Positions 11,097-21,511 are shown, counted from the first letter of the stretch. The stretch is DNA of 64,000 nt from an uncultured Poribacteria bacterium (GCA_951813565.1 OX638351.1:1920001-1984000), one strand, 5' to 3'. The notes: generated by a model not told the origin, from the sequence alone. Translations and numbers: made by a program.

Positions 11097-12083
11097 TTGA
11101 ACGAGCGAAGTGAAAAACAAGCCGCATCTGACGAGTTAATCTTACCACATCAACAATTTGACATTGTGGCAAAAGACCCGTTTTGTAACTTTCCGGAGGA
11201 TATGTTCCAATTTCTAATGGATGGGAATGATTTTGAGTTTATTGAGCATGTAGACAGCAATTTAACCACTGTTGAAGTTCGCCACATGGACATCCTGATA
11301 AAGGTGCTAAGGGATGAAAAACCTGTTTTAGTACATTGTGAAATCCAGACAGACGATAGCACACATCCAAACATGGTTCAGCGGAATGTAGGCTATCTCG
11401 GCAGGTGTTTTGAAAAATATGGGTTACCGATCTATTCTTACGTGCTTTACCTTCGGTCAACTGCGGGTGTTAGAGACCCAGGCGGATATTTTCAAGATGT
11501 GCCAGGACATCGCTTCATTGTTGAATATCAAGTAATTCGGTTAAACGAGATTGACGGTGAGGAAATTCTTCAGACACAGCAGCCAGGACTGATGCCATTT
11601 ACACCTTTGATGAAACCACCTGTCAATATGTCAAGCGTTGAGTGGACGACACATTGCGTAGAAGTAACGCAGTCATTGTCCGTGGATACAGCGGCACGGA
11701 ATAATTTACTGGTAGAACTATGGGTAATGAGTGGTTTAAGGCATGAACGTCAAAACCTATTAACAATATTATCGGAGGACATTGTGAAAGAATCGTCAGT
11801 TTATGAAATGATTATTGAACGTGGTATGGAACGCGGTATTGAGCAAGGTAAGCAGCTAGGCATTGAACAAGGTAAGCAGCTAGGGGCCAAAACAAAAACT
11901 ATTGAATTTATCACGGATTTACTTGACAAGCGTTTTGAGATGAGTACTGCCGAAATCTTAACGCCTTTGCTTCAACCGATTGACGATTTAGAACAGCTCA
12001 GACAGTTGTTTCATGAAGCATTAGAAGTGGAACATTTAGAAGATTTTATCCGGTCAGCACAAACGGCTCAAAATGGAACATAG
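11097..12083 (+). CDS. Rpn/YhgA-like PD-(D/E)xK protein with C-terminal G(I/K)EQG repeats
   Basis: MDIL...HCEIQT motif; repeat tail IERGMERGIEQGKQLG. Start uncertain (TTG 11097 after GAGG). Confidence 0.75.
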   Translation: MNERSEKQAASDELILPHQQFDIVAKDPFCNFPEDMFQFLMDGNDFEFIEHVDSNLTTVEVRHMDILIKVLRDEKPVLVHCEIQTDDSTHPNMVQRNVGYLGRCFEKYGLPIYSYVLYLRSTAGVRDPGGYFQDVPGHRFIVEYQVIRLNEIDGEEILQTQQPGLMPFTPLMKPPVNMSSVEWTTHCVEVTQSLSVDTAARNNLLVELWVMSGLRHERQNLLTILSEDIVKESSVYEMIIERGMERGIEQGKQLGIEQGKQLGAKTKTIEFITDLLDKRFEMSTAEILTPLLQPIDDLEQLRQLFHEALEVEHLEDFIRSAQTAQNGT

Positions 12084-12148
12084 TGGGTATTGAAGAATCG
12101 CTAACGGAGTCATTAGCGGTATAACGTATATCGCATAGAAAAGAAAAA

Positions 12149-13339
12149 ATGGCAAAACTTGAATTAGCAGATATAGACATTACTGGAAAACGGGTTCTCG
12201 TGCGTGTGGACTTTAACGTCCCCTTGAAAGATGGAAAAATCACGGACGAAACCCGTATTACTGCTGCTCTGCCCACCCTTTTAGACCTTATCCATCGGAA
12301 TGCGAAAATCATCCTTGTTACACATTTAGGCAGACCAACAGTAGGATCATCCACAGATCGCGAAGAACTTTCTACTGCGCCAATTGCTATTGCACTTAGT
12401 CAAAAACTGGGAAAACGTATTACACATGTTCAAGATTGCATCGGTGAAGATGTTCAAAGTGCTGTTGAGTCGTTGGAAGGTGGTGAAATCCTACTCCTTG
12501 AGAACGTTCGGTTTTATGCAGAAGAAACAGACAACGACCCCGAGTTTGCAAAGCAACTTGCCTCACTCGCGGATATCTATGTTAACGATGCTTTCGGCAC
12601 AGCACACCGCGCGCATGCATCAACAGAAGGCGTGACGCATTACTTGACACCGTGCGTTGTAGGCTTACTCATGGCACGCGAGATACACTACCTCAGCATG
12701 AGTCTTGAAAACCCTGCCCGTCCTTATGTAGCGATCCTTGGTGGTGCGAAGATATCTGATAAAATAACACTAATTGAGAATCTATTGGGAAAAGTTGACA
12801 GTCTGTTAATCGGCGGTGGTATGGCTTATACGTTTCTTGCTGCGATGGGAGTTTCTATCGGCAACTCACTCGTTGAAAAAGAAAAACTTGATGTAGCTGC
12901 ATTCCTAATAAAGAAAAAAGGGTTTGCAGATACCGTTCTCCTACCAGTTGATCATATTGCAGGACAAACGTTTGACCCTGAAACCGAATCTCAGATTGTA
13001 GATGAAGTGGCTGTCCCTGACGGATGGCAAGGATTAGACATCGGCCCCAAAACTGTTGCCGTGTTTAGTGAACGAATTGCCTCCGCAAAAACAGTTGTAT
13101 GGAACGGTCCTTTAGGTGTCTATGAGTTCAAAAAATTTGCCCAAGGCACAATCTCGGTTGCTAAAAAGATCGCTGCTTCCGAAGCGGTAAGTATCATCGG
13201 CGGCGGTGATTGCGTTGCAGCAATTCAACAAGCAGGTGTCGCTGATCGGATTACACATGTTTCCACCGGTGGTGGCGCATCATTGGAGTTTTTAGAGGGA
13301 AAACCTTTGCCGGGAATTACGGCATTAACTGACAAATAA
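12149..13339 (+). CDS. pgk: Phosphoglycerate kinase
   Basis: RVDFNVP, LLENVRF, NDAFGTAHRAHAS, STGGGASLEFLEG. Confidence 0.97.
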   Translation: MAKLELADIDITGKRVLVRVDFNVPLKDGKITDETRITAALPTLLDLIHRNAKIILVTHLGRPTVGSSTDREELSTAPIAIALSQKLGKRITHVQDCIGEDVQSAVESLEGGEILLLENVRFYAEETDNDPEFAKQLASLADIYVNDAFGTAHRAHASTEGVTHYLTPCVVGLLMAREIHYLSMSLENPARPYVAILGGAKISDKITLIENLLGKVDSLLIGGGMAYTFLAAMGVSIGNSLVEKEKLDVAAFLIKKKGFADTVLLPVDHIAGQTFDPETESQIVDEVAVPDGWQGLDIGPKTVAVFSERIASAKTVVWNGPLGVYEFKKFAQGTISVAKKIAASEAVSIIGGGDCVAAIQQAGVADRITHVSTGGGASLEFLEGKPLPGITALTDK

Positions 13340-13357
13340 TCAAAGCGAAACTAAAAT

Positions 13358-14794
13358 ATGTTTGATAAAATTACGCCTCGTAGTGAAGACTACTCAAAAT
13401 GGTATACACAAGTCATCCGCCAAGCAGAGATGGCAGATTACGCCCCCGTGCGTGGGTGCATGGTAGTGCGTCCTTACGGTTATGCGCTCTGGGAAAACGT
13501 CAAAGAACAACTGGATATCCGCTTCAAAGCGACAGGACACCAAAACGCCGCTTTCCCGCTTTTCATTCCGATGAGTTTCATTGAGAAAGAAGCAGAGCAT
13601 GTAGAGGGTTTCAAACCTGAACTCGCTGTTGTTACCCACGGTGGCGGCAAAAAGTTGGAAGAGCCGCTTGTTGTACGTCCGACATCCGAAACCATCATCG
13701 GCTATATGTATAGTCAGTGGATACAATCTTACCGAGACTTGCCCGTGCTTATCAATCAATGGGCAAATGTGGTGCGATGGGAATTGCGTCCCCGCCTTTT
13801 CCTCCGAACGATGGAATTTTTCTGGCAAGAGGGACATACTGCACATGCCACGCATGAGGAAGCAATGGAGGAAACACTTCGCATCCTTGACATTTATACC
13901 GATTTTGCTGTTAACGAAGCAGCAATACCGGTCATTCCCGGTCGTAAAAGTGATAGTGAAAAGTTTCCCGGTGCCTTAACCTCCTACACCATTGAGGCAA
14001 TGATGGGTGATAAACGCGCGCTCCAAGCAGGCACATCACACGATCTCGGACAGAACTTTGCCAAAGTCTTTGATATACAATATCTGGATGCGAATCAGAA
14101 ACAACAGCACTGCTGGACAACCAGTTGGGGTGTTAGCACCCGAATGATTGGCGCGATTATTATGACACACGGGGACGACCAAGGCTTGGTTCTACCCCCA
14201 CGACTTGCTCCCACGCAACTTGTTATCGTACCTATTATTCCGAAAAACAAGGATGAAGTGAAACAGGTCGTCACACAAACCGTTGAAACTATCTGTGAGA
14301 CGTTAGGCGATATCCGATACCATGTTGATGACCGATATGAGTATTCTCCGGGTTGGCGATTCAACGAATGGGAACTTAAAGGTGTGCCATTGCGGATAGA
14401 GATTGGTCCACGCGACATTGAAAATGAACAGGTTGTTTTTGCCAGACGAGATATTCCCGGTAAAGAAGGCAAAACATTTGTCCCGATTGCCAATGTTGCT
14501 GAGACAGCAACGCAGCTGCTTGACACAATTCAGGCGGATATGCTCAGGCGTGCAACAGAATTCCGAGATGCAAACACCTTTGAACCAACAGATTACGGTG
14601 AATTTAAAGAGATTGCTGAAAACGGGTTTGCACGTGCATGGTGGTGTGGAAACGCTGAATGTGAAGATAAGGTCAAAGAAGATACACAAGCGACTATCCG
14701 ATGCATCCCGATGGAGCAACCTGGCGGAGATGGTGCGTGTATTGTCTGCAGCACGTCAGCGAAAGAGATCACAATTTTTGCACGCGCATACTAA
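13358..14794 (+). CDS. proS: Proline-tRNA ligase (archaeal/eukaryote-like short type)
   Basis: RPTSET, QWANVVRWE, TSWGVSTR, C-terminal FARAY. Confidence 0.95.
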   Translation: MFDKITPRSEDYSKWYTQVIRQAEMADYAPVRGCMVVRPYGYALWENVKEQLDIRFKATGHQNAAFPLFIPMSFIEKEAEHVEGFKPELAVVTHGGGKKLEEPLVVRPTSETIIGYMYSQWIQSYRDLPVLINQWANVVRWELRPRLFLRTMEFFWQEGHTAHATHEEAMEETLRILDIYTDFAVNEAAIPVIPGRKSDSEKFPGALTSYTIEAMMGDKRALQAGTSHDLGQNFAKVFDIQYLDANQKQQHCWTTSWGVSTRMIGAIIMTHGDDQGLVLPPRLAPTQLVIVPIIPKNKDEVKQVVTQTVETICETLGDIRYHVDDRYEYSPGWRFNEWELKGVPLRIEIGPRDIENEQVVFARRDIPGKEGKTFVPIANVAETATQLLDTIQADMLRRATEFRDANTFEPTDYGEFKEIAENGFARAWWCGNAECEDKVKEDTQATIRCIPMEQPGGDGACIVCSTSAKEITIFARAY

Positions 14795-14850
14795 CATAAC
14801 CCAAGTTTCCACCTAAAAAATTATAAACGAATCTTATTGGAAAAAAATAA

Positions 14851-15504
14851 ATGAAATACGTTATCTGTGCAACACCCCGCACACGCAGCACCGTTTTATG
14901 TGACTTGTTGGTTTCATCTGATGTAGCAGGGTATCCGAGAGAATACCACGAAGGACACGAATCGCTAAAAGGCTTGGACATAACCGATCCAGCAACATAT
15001 CAAAAATACGTATCCGTTTCCACTTCACCGAATGGGGTTTGTGGTATACAGGTCATGTCCACAGAAAAGCATATCGTTGAAAAGTTTATAGATTTTAAAA
15101 ACGTAAAATGCATCTGGCTCCGCAGAGAGAACAAAATAAAACAAGCCATCTCCCTTTTGAAAGCGCACAAACGCAATTGCTTTTACCAGACAGATAAAAC
15201 CCGGAAAAATGACGATCTCAATCAAATCAAAATTACGCGTGATGAGATCGCATACAGCACATTTGAATTGACTGCACAGGATATGTCGTGGGGATATTAT
15301 TTTGAAGAAAACAAGATTATTCCCCTAATAATTTGGTATAAAGACTTAGAAACAGAAACACAGCAGAAAGAGACCCTCAAGAAAGTCTTAGATTTTCTTG
15401 ATATCTCCGACACGCCGAGTGAACCTAAAGTTTGGGTTACACGTCAGGATGCTAAATGGGATGAGGACTTATATAAGCAAATTGTGGATTCCTATCGGCT
15501 ATGA
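14851..15504 (+). CDS. Stf0-family sulfotransferase
   Basis: YVICATPRTRSTVLC PAPS-binding loop, GYPREY, LRRENKIKQAIS. Confidence 0.8.
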   Translation: MKYVICATPRTRSTVLCDLLVSSDVAGYPREYHEGHESLKGLDITDPATYQKYVSVSTSPNGVCGIQVMSTEKHIVEKFIDFKNVKCIWLRRENKIKQAISLLKAHKRNCFYQTDKTRKNDDLNQIKITRDEIAYSTFELTAQDMSWGYYFEENKIIPLIIWYKDLETETQQKETLKKVLDFLDISDTPSEPKVWVTRQDAKWDEDLYKQIVDSYRL

Positions 15505-15645
15505 ATCACTATTTAATCCAAGTTGCTACCCTCGCTGATGGGTGGAGTTGATTTGGCAGAATACCATACGCGTATTCTATATGATAGAATTAGTCAATGT
15601 CCAAACATAGTCTAAATAAGGCAGGGCTATACTTATTGCCTTCCT

Positions 15646-16083
15646 TTATGGTGTAATATTCAGATTTATTTCTTTATGCCTTCTATAGAATTCTATGAAG
15701 TTTTTATCAAAGTTTATATCAATATTGTAGTTCATGAGAATATCAAGTCCGATAACTCCATCTATAAACATGTTATCAAAATGTTCATTACATAGAACTT
15801 TATGATCTCTATATTTTGATCCAGCAAAATCAATCTGTTTAACTGTAATTATCGATAATGGTTGTGTTCCGCCAGCAGTATCAAAATCTTGGGGGATACC
15901 ATGTTGTAGTAGGTCATATCCTAATTCTATTGCTAAATTTTCGCTAATTCCACTTATTGTTGCACCAGTATCCAAAACAAGTTTTATGTCTCTATAATTA
16001 GAATCAGGAATTCCATGTATCTTACATCTAATCGTGATCTGCCCATTTCTAAATTCTATACGTGTTTTGTAATCAGGGACCAA
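15646..16083 (-). CDS. Retropepsin-like (clan AA) aspartyl protease
   Basis: VLDTGAT and GVIGLDIL motifs; AT-rich gene. Confidence 0.85.
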   Translation of the reverse strand: MVPDYKTRIEFRNGQITIRCKIHGIPDSNYRDIKLVLDTGATISGISENLAIELGYDLLQHGIPQDFDTAGGTQPLSIITVKQIDFAGSKYRDHKVLCNEHFDNMFIDGVIGLDILMNYNIDINFDKNFIEFYRRHKEINLNITP

Positions 16084-16151
16084 AATAATGTCCTTCTTTA
16101 AAGCAAACCCTTATTGCACTCTTTATGTTGCAACAAGGGTTTGTGCTTGAA

Positions 16152-16418
16152 TTATTTAGAGTTCTTCGGTTTATATGAAGTTATCCTATGTATCCGTTTA
16201 TATTTTGGATTTGTCCATTCACCTGTGAACCTTATAGCTGCACCACCAATAAATTCTTTTGAAACTTTATGAATATCATCACGTGACGGACTATGGACTT
16301 GAACGATACCAGATATAAGTTCATCCGTTTCCTCACAGATAGCAGGTTCAATGATGAACAACCATTGGTTAGGATATTTCTCTACCATTTCCTGTGTTGT
16401 CAAACGCTCACGTGCCAT
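16152..16418 (-). CDS. Small DUF5678-like protein upstream of the protease
   Basis: YPNQW...G.VQVHSPSRDDI pattern. Confidence 0.55.
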   Translation of the reverse strand: MARERLTTQEMVEKYPNQWLFIIEPAICEETDELISGIVQVHSPSRDDIHKVSKEFIGGAAIRFTGEWTNPKYKRIHRITSYKPKNSK

Positions 16419-16621
16419 TTTACTGAGTCTCCTATTGTGAGTTTTGTGATTATTTTTTGTCCGATTATGGACAATAGTGTTACACTTTAATATTATGTCT
16501 TATTCTGTCCGTAGAGTCAAACCTTTTTCGGGAATGCACCGTGCTTGCATTTCTTGTCTTGTTATGGTAAACTCCGTTATTGAAGACATCAATAGGTCCG
16601 GTTTTATTTGGAGAATTACAA

Positions 16622-16846
16622 ATGCCAGTAAATTGGAGAAATTACATTGTTAGCACGCCAGAAATATTACCAGGTAAACCGCTTATTAAAGCCACGAGGA
16701 TTCCTGTCCGTCTCATTCTTGGTTACTTTGCTGCGGGGTGGACCACAGACGACATCATTGTCGAATTTCCCGATCTCAAAAAAACGCAGATTCATGCTTG
16801 CCTTGATTATGCGCGCGACTTAGCAGAATTTGAGGAAGTTGCATAA
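16622..16846 (+). CDS. DUF433 family antitoxin
   Basis: PEILPGKPLIKATRIPV...EFPDL...CLDYA. Confidence 0.85.
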   Translation: MPVNWRNYIVSTPEILPGKPLIKATRIPVRLILGYFAAGWTTDDIIVEFPDLKKTQIHACLDYARDLAEFEEVA

Positions 16847-16958
16847 TGGAATTGCGGTTTTATTTGCCGAGCAGTGTATGCCTACTATTGTGACTGAATC
16901 CCTGTGCAGTACTGGATATGAAGTAATGCCACTAAAAAATTTAGGTTGTTTCTCATGA
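16846..16958 (+). pseudogene. Frameshifted, truncated DUF5615/PIN-like toxin remnant
   Basis: TAATG coupling to DUF433; MELRF, then after a frameshift FAEQCMPTIVTESLCSTGYEVMPLKNLG... Confidence 0.6.
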
Positions 16959-17143
16959 ACAATATAAAGTATTTAGGCAAAGTAGTGCTGATTTTTTTAG
17001 GTGTAGTTTGGTTAGGATACTCTTTTAGTGGGTGCTCACATAATACTCCTTTACTGTTCGCAATGTTGATATTGCTGTGTATAAATACAGTGCTTCTGGC
17101 AGCTTGTTTAACAATCTTACTCATCAATATACTTAAAAAATGA
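16955..17143 (+). CDS. Small hydrophobic hypothetical membrane protein
   Basis: ORF with two hydrophobic stretches; AT-rich. Confidence 0.35.
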   Translation: MNNIKYLGKVVLIFLGVVWLGYSFSGCSHNTPLLFAMLILLCINTVLLAACLTILLINILKK

Positions 17144-17338
17144 TGAACTATAAAGAGTATCCTCTTAATTATCAAGTGTATTGCTGTACTGACGCTGTAG
17201 TGTGATTCTTATGTTAGGGAATCATATCTCTACAGAATGAACGTTCAGAACTGAACCGTATTTTTCACATGATAACCAAATTGAAAGAGCAAAGCGTGTT
17301 AGACTAAAAATCATAAACGAATAAATCGGAGGAATTAA

Positions 17339-17812
17339 ATGAATTTCAAACAAAAATTAGTATATATGTTCATCGGATGTCTATTCACATTAGCAGGTTA
17401 TTTCCTTGCTACATTGGGTTCAGGAGGGTTCGCCCCACAAAATGCGTCCGCACAAGCAGGAGACAAACAGATAATTGATGAGATCGTCTGTAGAGGGTTG
17501 TCGATTGTCAATGCGGAAAATAAAATTATCGTTCGCTTGGTTGCAGATGCTGAGGACGAGGGAGGCATGATATCCATTTCCAATAAAGTAGGTTTTCCCG
17601 TTGCCACCTTGAGTGTTATTGAAGAAGGTGGTTCCCTAAGTATCGCTAATAGAGTAGGTCAAGCCGTTGCTGCCTTGATTGCTGAGGATGAAGGTGGCAG
17701 CCTGAATATATTTGGTAGTAATAGGAATAAAAGTGGTGCTCGCTTAAGTGCTAACAAAAATGGCGGCGTTCTAACTGTCAGGTATAAGGGAAGATCGAAA
17801 AGTTTTTATTAA
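17339..17812 (+). CDS. Exported hypothetical protein with short beta-repeats
   Basis: SD GGAGG; N-terminal signal/TM; repeated EGG.LSI.N.VG..VA.L units. Confidence 0.7.
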   Translation: MNFKQKLVYMFIGCLFTLAGYFLATLGSGGFAPQNASAQAGDKQIIDEIVCRGLSIVNAENKIIVRLVADAEDEGGMISISNKVGFPVATLSVIEEGGSLSIANRVGQAVAALIAEDEGGSLNIFGSNRNKSGARLSANKNGGVLTVRYKGRSKSFY

Positions 17813-17945
17813 CCAATTAAAAAATGAAAACTGAACACACCCGTGATCTACAATCCAGAAACGTGGGATTCCCAAATACGATCTCACCTACAACACGTCC
17901 TACATATAATGACAAAAACTTTACACACCCTGAGAAGAACTTAAC

Positions 17946-19988
17946 ATGCACTACACATCACAACAAAATGATTGGTTAGTTCAACCCTATAGCCAACCCG
18001 CTTCAGTCCAAGAAACGGACAATCAGATTATTCTCGGTAATGGACTCATTCAACGAAGATTCGTCACCGCACCGAATTTCGCAACGGTTGCTTATACAAA
18101 TCAAATTACCGAGAGCAGTCTTCTGCGTGGCATCAAACCAGAAGCGGTGCTTACGATTGACGAACACGAATTTGAGGTAGGTGGCTTAAAGGGGCAGCCA
18201 GACTACGCCTACCTTGATGATGATTGGATTGCAGACTTGACCAGTGACGAGAACGCATTTCAGTTTCACGAATACCAAGTCGGTGAACCTGAAACCCGCT
18301 ATCCGTGGGTACGCAGGCGTACTGCAACATCATCAGTATATCCGCCAGAGGGTGCGACACTGACAGTTGCGTTTTCACCGCCGCCCTCCCTTGACTCCCT
18401 GCAGGTTTGTGTGCATTATGAACTATATCAAGGTATTCCAGTACTGTCCAAATGGATCACTATTCGCAATGAGGGGCAAAAACCTATTCAGATTGATGCC
18501 TTAAGCTGTGAAATCCTTGCTGTCAACGAGCAGGAGAAGCATCGGCTACATGTCGAGAGCGATTATGCATTTAGCAGAATGGAAACGACACAGTGGGGAC
18601 CAGATGCGGATTACCTGACGCAAGTAGATTATCGCTATCAGATGCCGCTGTTGATGACAAGCCACTATCCGCTCGGTCCGGGTGTGCTACTTCAACCGGG
18701 AGAGACTTTCACAAGTTTTCGCACCTTCGAGATTCTGCATGATAGTGATGATCGTGAACGTAAAGGACTTGCACGCCGCAAGATGTTTCGCACGGTTGCA
18801 CCGCAGGTCACGGAGAATCCTATCCTCATGCACGTTCGGAGTGCTGAGCCAGACGCGGTCCGTTTAGCGATTGATCAGTGCGCCGAAGTCGGATTTGAAA
18901 TGGTGATTATGACCTTTGGAAGTGGATACAATATTGAGAGCGAAGACCCGGAATATATCGCTACGATGAAGGGATTAGCAGATTATGCACATAGTAAAGG
19001 CATTCAACTCGGTGGCTATACGTTGATGTGTGCTTCGCGGGGAGTAGGTGAGGATTACAACTGTATTGACCCAGAAACCGGGCAACCCGGAAGTAGGTTT
19101 GGGCAGAGTGCTTGTCTTGCGAGCAGTTGGGGAGATGGGTATGTCCAACGAGTGTTGAATTTTATGGATGCAACGGGTATGGATATCATTGAGACTGATG
19201 GACCTTATCACGGTGATGTATGTGCTTCAACGAAGCACGAACACCATAACGGCTTAGCGGATTCGCAGTTGCGGCAGTGGGAAGCGTGTGTCCATTTTTA
19301 CCACGAATGCCGAAAACGCGGTATCTATATCAATTCGCCAGATAATTATTACCTCAACGGTTCAAACAAATGCGGTATGGGCTATCGCGAAACGAATTTT
19401 AGCTTGCCCCGCGAGCGACAAATTCTAATTGCCCGTCAGAATATCTACGATGCAACTTACGAAAAGACACCGAGTATGGGTTGGATGTTCGTCCCGTTAG
19501 TGGAGTATCACGGTGGTGGACAAGCCGCGACATTTGAGCCACTTTGCGAACACCTTGATGACTACGAAGCCCACCTTGCCCAGAACTTCGGCAGTGGTGT
19601 GATTGCGTGCTATCGCGGTCCCCGGCTTTTTGATACTGAACAGACAAAAACTGTCGTTAAGAAATGGGTTGGCTTTTTCAAAAAGTATCGTCCAATATTG
19701 GAGTCTGACCTGATTCATGTGCGTCGTCCGGATGGAGGCTCTATTGATTGTGTGCTACACGTTAACCCGCAAATTACCCCCTGTGGACTCGCGATGCTCT
19801 ATAATCCCACGCGGACGGAACAACAGATCACTTTGAAATTACCAGTCTATTATACTGGATTGTCTGAAACTGCCAAGATTCGTGAAAAAGAAAGAGAACT
19901 CAAACATTACAAAATAGACCGAAACTACAACATTGAGATTCCAATTGAGATGGAGGCAAAAAGTATTAGCTATCTCGTTATTGAGTAA
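17946..19988 (+). CDS. Alpha-galactosidase-like (clan GH-D) glycoside hydrolase
   Basis: 680 aa; N-terminal beta-sandwich plus TIM-barrel-like region. Family call is tentative. Confidence 0.6.
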   Translation: MHYTSQQNDWLVQPYSQPASVQETDNQIILGNGLIQRRFVTAPNFATVAYTNQITESSLLRGIKPEAVLTIDEHEFEVGGLKGQPDYAYLDDDWIADLTSDENAFQFHEYQVGEPETRYPWVRRRTATSSVYPPEGATLTVAFSPPPSLDSLQVCVHYELYQGIPVLSKWITIRNEGQKPIQIDALSCEILAVNEQEKHRLHVESDYAFSRMETTQWGPDADYLTQVDYRYQMPLLMTSHYPLGPGVLLQPGETFTSFRTFEILHDSDDRERKGLARRKMFRTVAPQVTENPILMHVRSAEPDAVRLAIDQCAEVGFEMVIMTFGSGYNIESEDPEYIATMKGLADYAHSKGIQLGGYTLMCASRGVGEDYNCIDPETGQPGSRFGQSACLASSWGDGYVQRVLNFMDATGMDIIETDGPYHGDVCASTKHEHHNGLADSQLRQWEACVHFYHECRKRGIYINSPDNYYLNGSNKCGMGYRETNFSLPRERQILIARQNIYDATYEKTPSMGWMFVPLVEYHGGGQAATFEPLCEHLDDYEAHLAQNFGSGVIACYRGPRLFDTEQTKTVVKKWVGFFKKYRPILESDLIHVRRPDGGSIDCVLHVNPQITPCGLAMLYNPTRTEQQITLKLPVYYTGLSETAKIREKERELKHYKIDRNYNIEIPIEMEAKSISYLVIE

Positions 19989-19994
19989 AAGAAT

Positions 19995-20867
19995 ATGAGC
20001 ATACTTGTCCACAAAAATACAAAAGTAATAGTTCAAGGAATCACAGGACGTTCTGGGCGTTTTCACACAGAACAGTGTGCCGATTACGGCACGCAAATTG
20101 TTGCTGGTGCAGTTCCCGGTAGAGGTGGAACTGATGTGAACGGCATCCCTGTGTTTGACACCGTAGCAGAAGGCGTTGCTGAGACAAGCGCAGATACCTC
20201 TCTGATTTTCGTTCCTGCGCGCTTTAACGCCGCCGACTCTATCATGGAAGCCGCTGATGCCGGTATTGAACTGATCATCTGTATCTCGGAACATATCCCT
20301 GTGCTTGATATGGTAAAGGCAAAAGCGTTCCTTCATGGCAAACAGACACGGTTAATCGGTCCGAACTGTCCCGGCATCATCACACCCAGCGAATGTAAAA
20401 TCGGTGTGATGCCCGCGTTTGCTTATTCCCCCGGTAACGTCGGTATTGTTTCACGAAGTGGCACATTAACTTATGAAGCTGCGTATCAATTGAAACAACT
20501 CGGTATCGGGCAATCTACCTGTGTCGGTATCGGTGGCGATCCTGTGATTGGGACAAACTTCGTTGATGTTCTCAAGCTTTTTGAGGAGGACGATGGGACG
20601 CATGCCGTTGTTTTAATCGGGGAAATCGGTGGCACAGCTGAGGAAAAAGCAGCGCAATTCGTCAAGAACGAAATGACAAAACCTGTGGTCGGTTTTATCG
20701 CTGGACAGACTGCCCCACCGGGCAAACGGATGGGACATGCAGGTGCAATCATCTCAGGTGGACAAGGCACCGCTGCAGATAAAATTGCATCACTCAAAGA
20801 TGCCGGAATCGCTGTTGCAGACGACCTCACTACCATCGGAGAAACCGTTGCGGAGGTCTTGGCTTGA
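19995..20867 (+). CDS. sucD: Succinyl-CoA synthetase alpha subunit
   Basis: [29 protein letters not shown]. Confidence 0.97.
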   Translation: MSILVHKNTKVIVQGITGRSGRFHTEQCADYGTQIVAGAVPGRGGTDVNGIPVFDTVAEGVAETSADTSLIFVPARFNAADSIMEAADAGIELIICISEHIPVLDMVKAKAFLHGKQTRLIGPNCPGIITPSECKIGVMPAFAYSPGNVGIVSRSGTLTYEAAYQLKQLGIGQSTCVGIGGDPVIGTNFVDVLKLFEEDDGTHAVVLIGEIGGTAEEKAAQFVKNEMTKPVVGFIAGQTAPPGKRMGHAGAIISGGQGTAADKIASLKDAGIAVADDLTTIGETVAEVLA

Positions 20868-20887
20868 TACCTGGGAGGTGGAACATA

Positions 20888-21505
20888 ATGGCATTTAGTG
20901 ATTTTAAAGCGATCCCCGAAGTCCAAGAAAAGTTTGGAATCAGACACATTGAAAATGATTTTATAGTGGTTGAGGAAACGGCGGGTGCCCCTTCAGCACA
21001 ATTTCAAGAGGAATTAGAATTTAGTCGACAACACATTGATGTTTTCGTTTCCGAGGGGGCTCGATGTGAAGCGATTATCTTCCCTATTTTACGGGAAGTC
21101 TACAAAGGTTATGCTGAAAACTACGCCCTCTGGATAAAAAAACCGATCACTTATGATGAGATTTTGAGCGGCACGCCAGATTACTTTATCTCAACACGAT
21201 CCGAGTTGGGTATGCTCGTTGTCGGGATACCTCTAATAATGCTGGTAGAGGCGAAGAAGAACGATTTTGAACAAGGATGGGGGCAATGTCTTGCTGAATT
21301 GGTAGCAGCACAAAAAATAAATGCCGATTTGGATGTCCCTGTCTATGGAATTGTGAGCGATGGAACTTGGTGGCAATTTGGGTGCCTTCTCGGCGATGCT
21401 TTCACTCGAAATAGAACAAGTTTTAGCGTGGATGATTTGTCTACACTCTTTCGCGCGATTCATGCTATCTTCAAAGCAGCAAGCGAGACACCTAAGCAAT
21501 CCTGA
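20888..21505 (+). CDS. Solo PD-(D/E)xK restriction-endonuclease-like protein (HsdR-N-like), paralog 1
   Basis: GTPDY...VEAKKNDFEQGWGQCLAELVAAQ...YGIVSDG. Confidence 0.75.
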   Translation: MAFSDFKAIPEVQEKFGIRHIENDFIVVEETAGAPSAQFQEELEFSRQHIDVFVSEGARCEAIIFPILREVYKGYAENYALWIKKPITYDEILSGTPDYFISTRSELGMLVVGIPLIMLVEAKKNDFEQGWGQCLAELVAAQKINADLDVPVYGIVSDGTWWQFGCLLGDAFTRNRTSFSVDDLSTLFRAIHAIFKAASETPKQS

Positions 21506-21511
21506 TGCCTT

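Noticed and set aside
16941..17220. Possible integron cassette around the small membrane ORF (GTTAGG at about 17212)
   Set aside because: No RYYYAAC inverse core or attC hairpin, and no integrase in the window.
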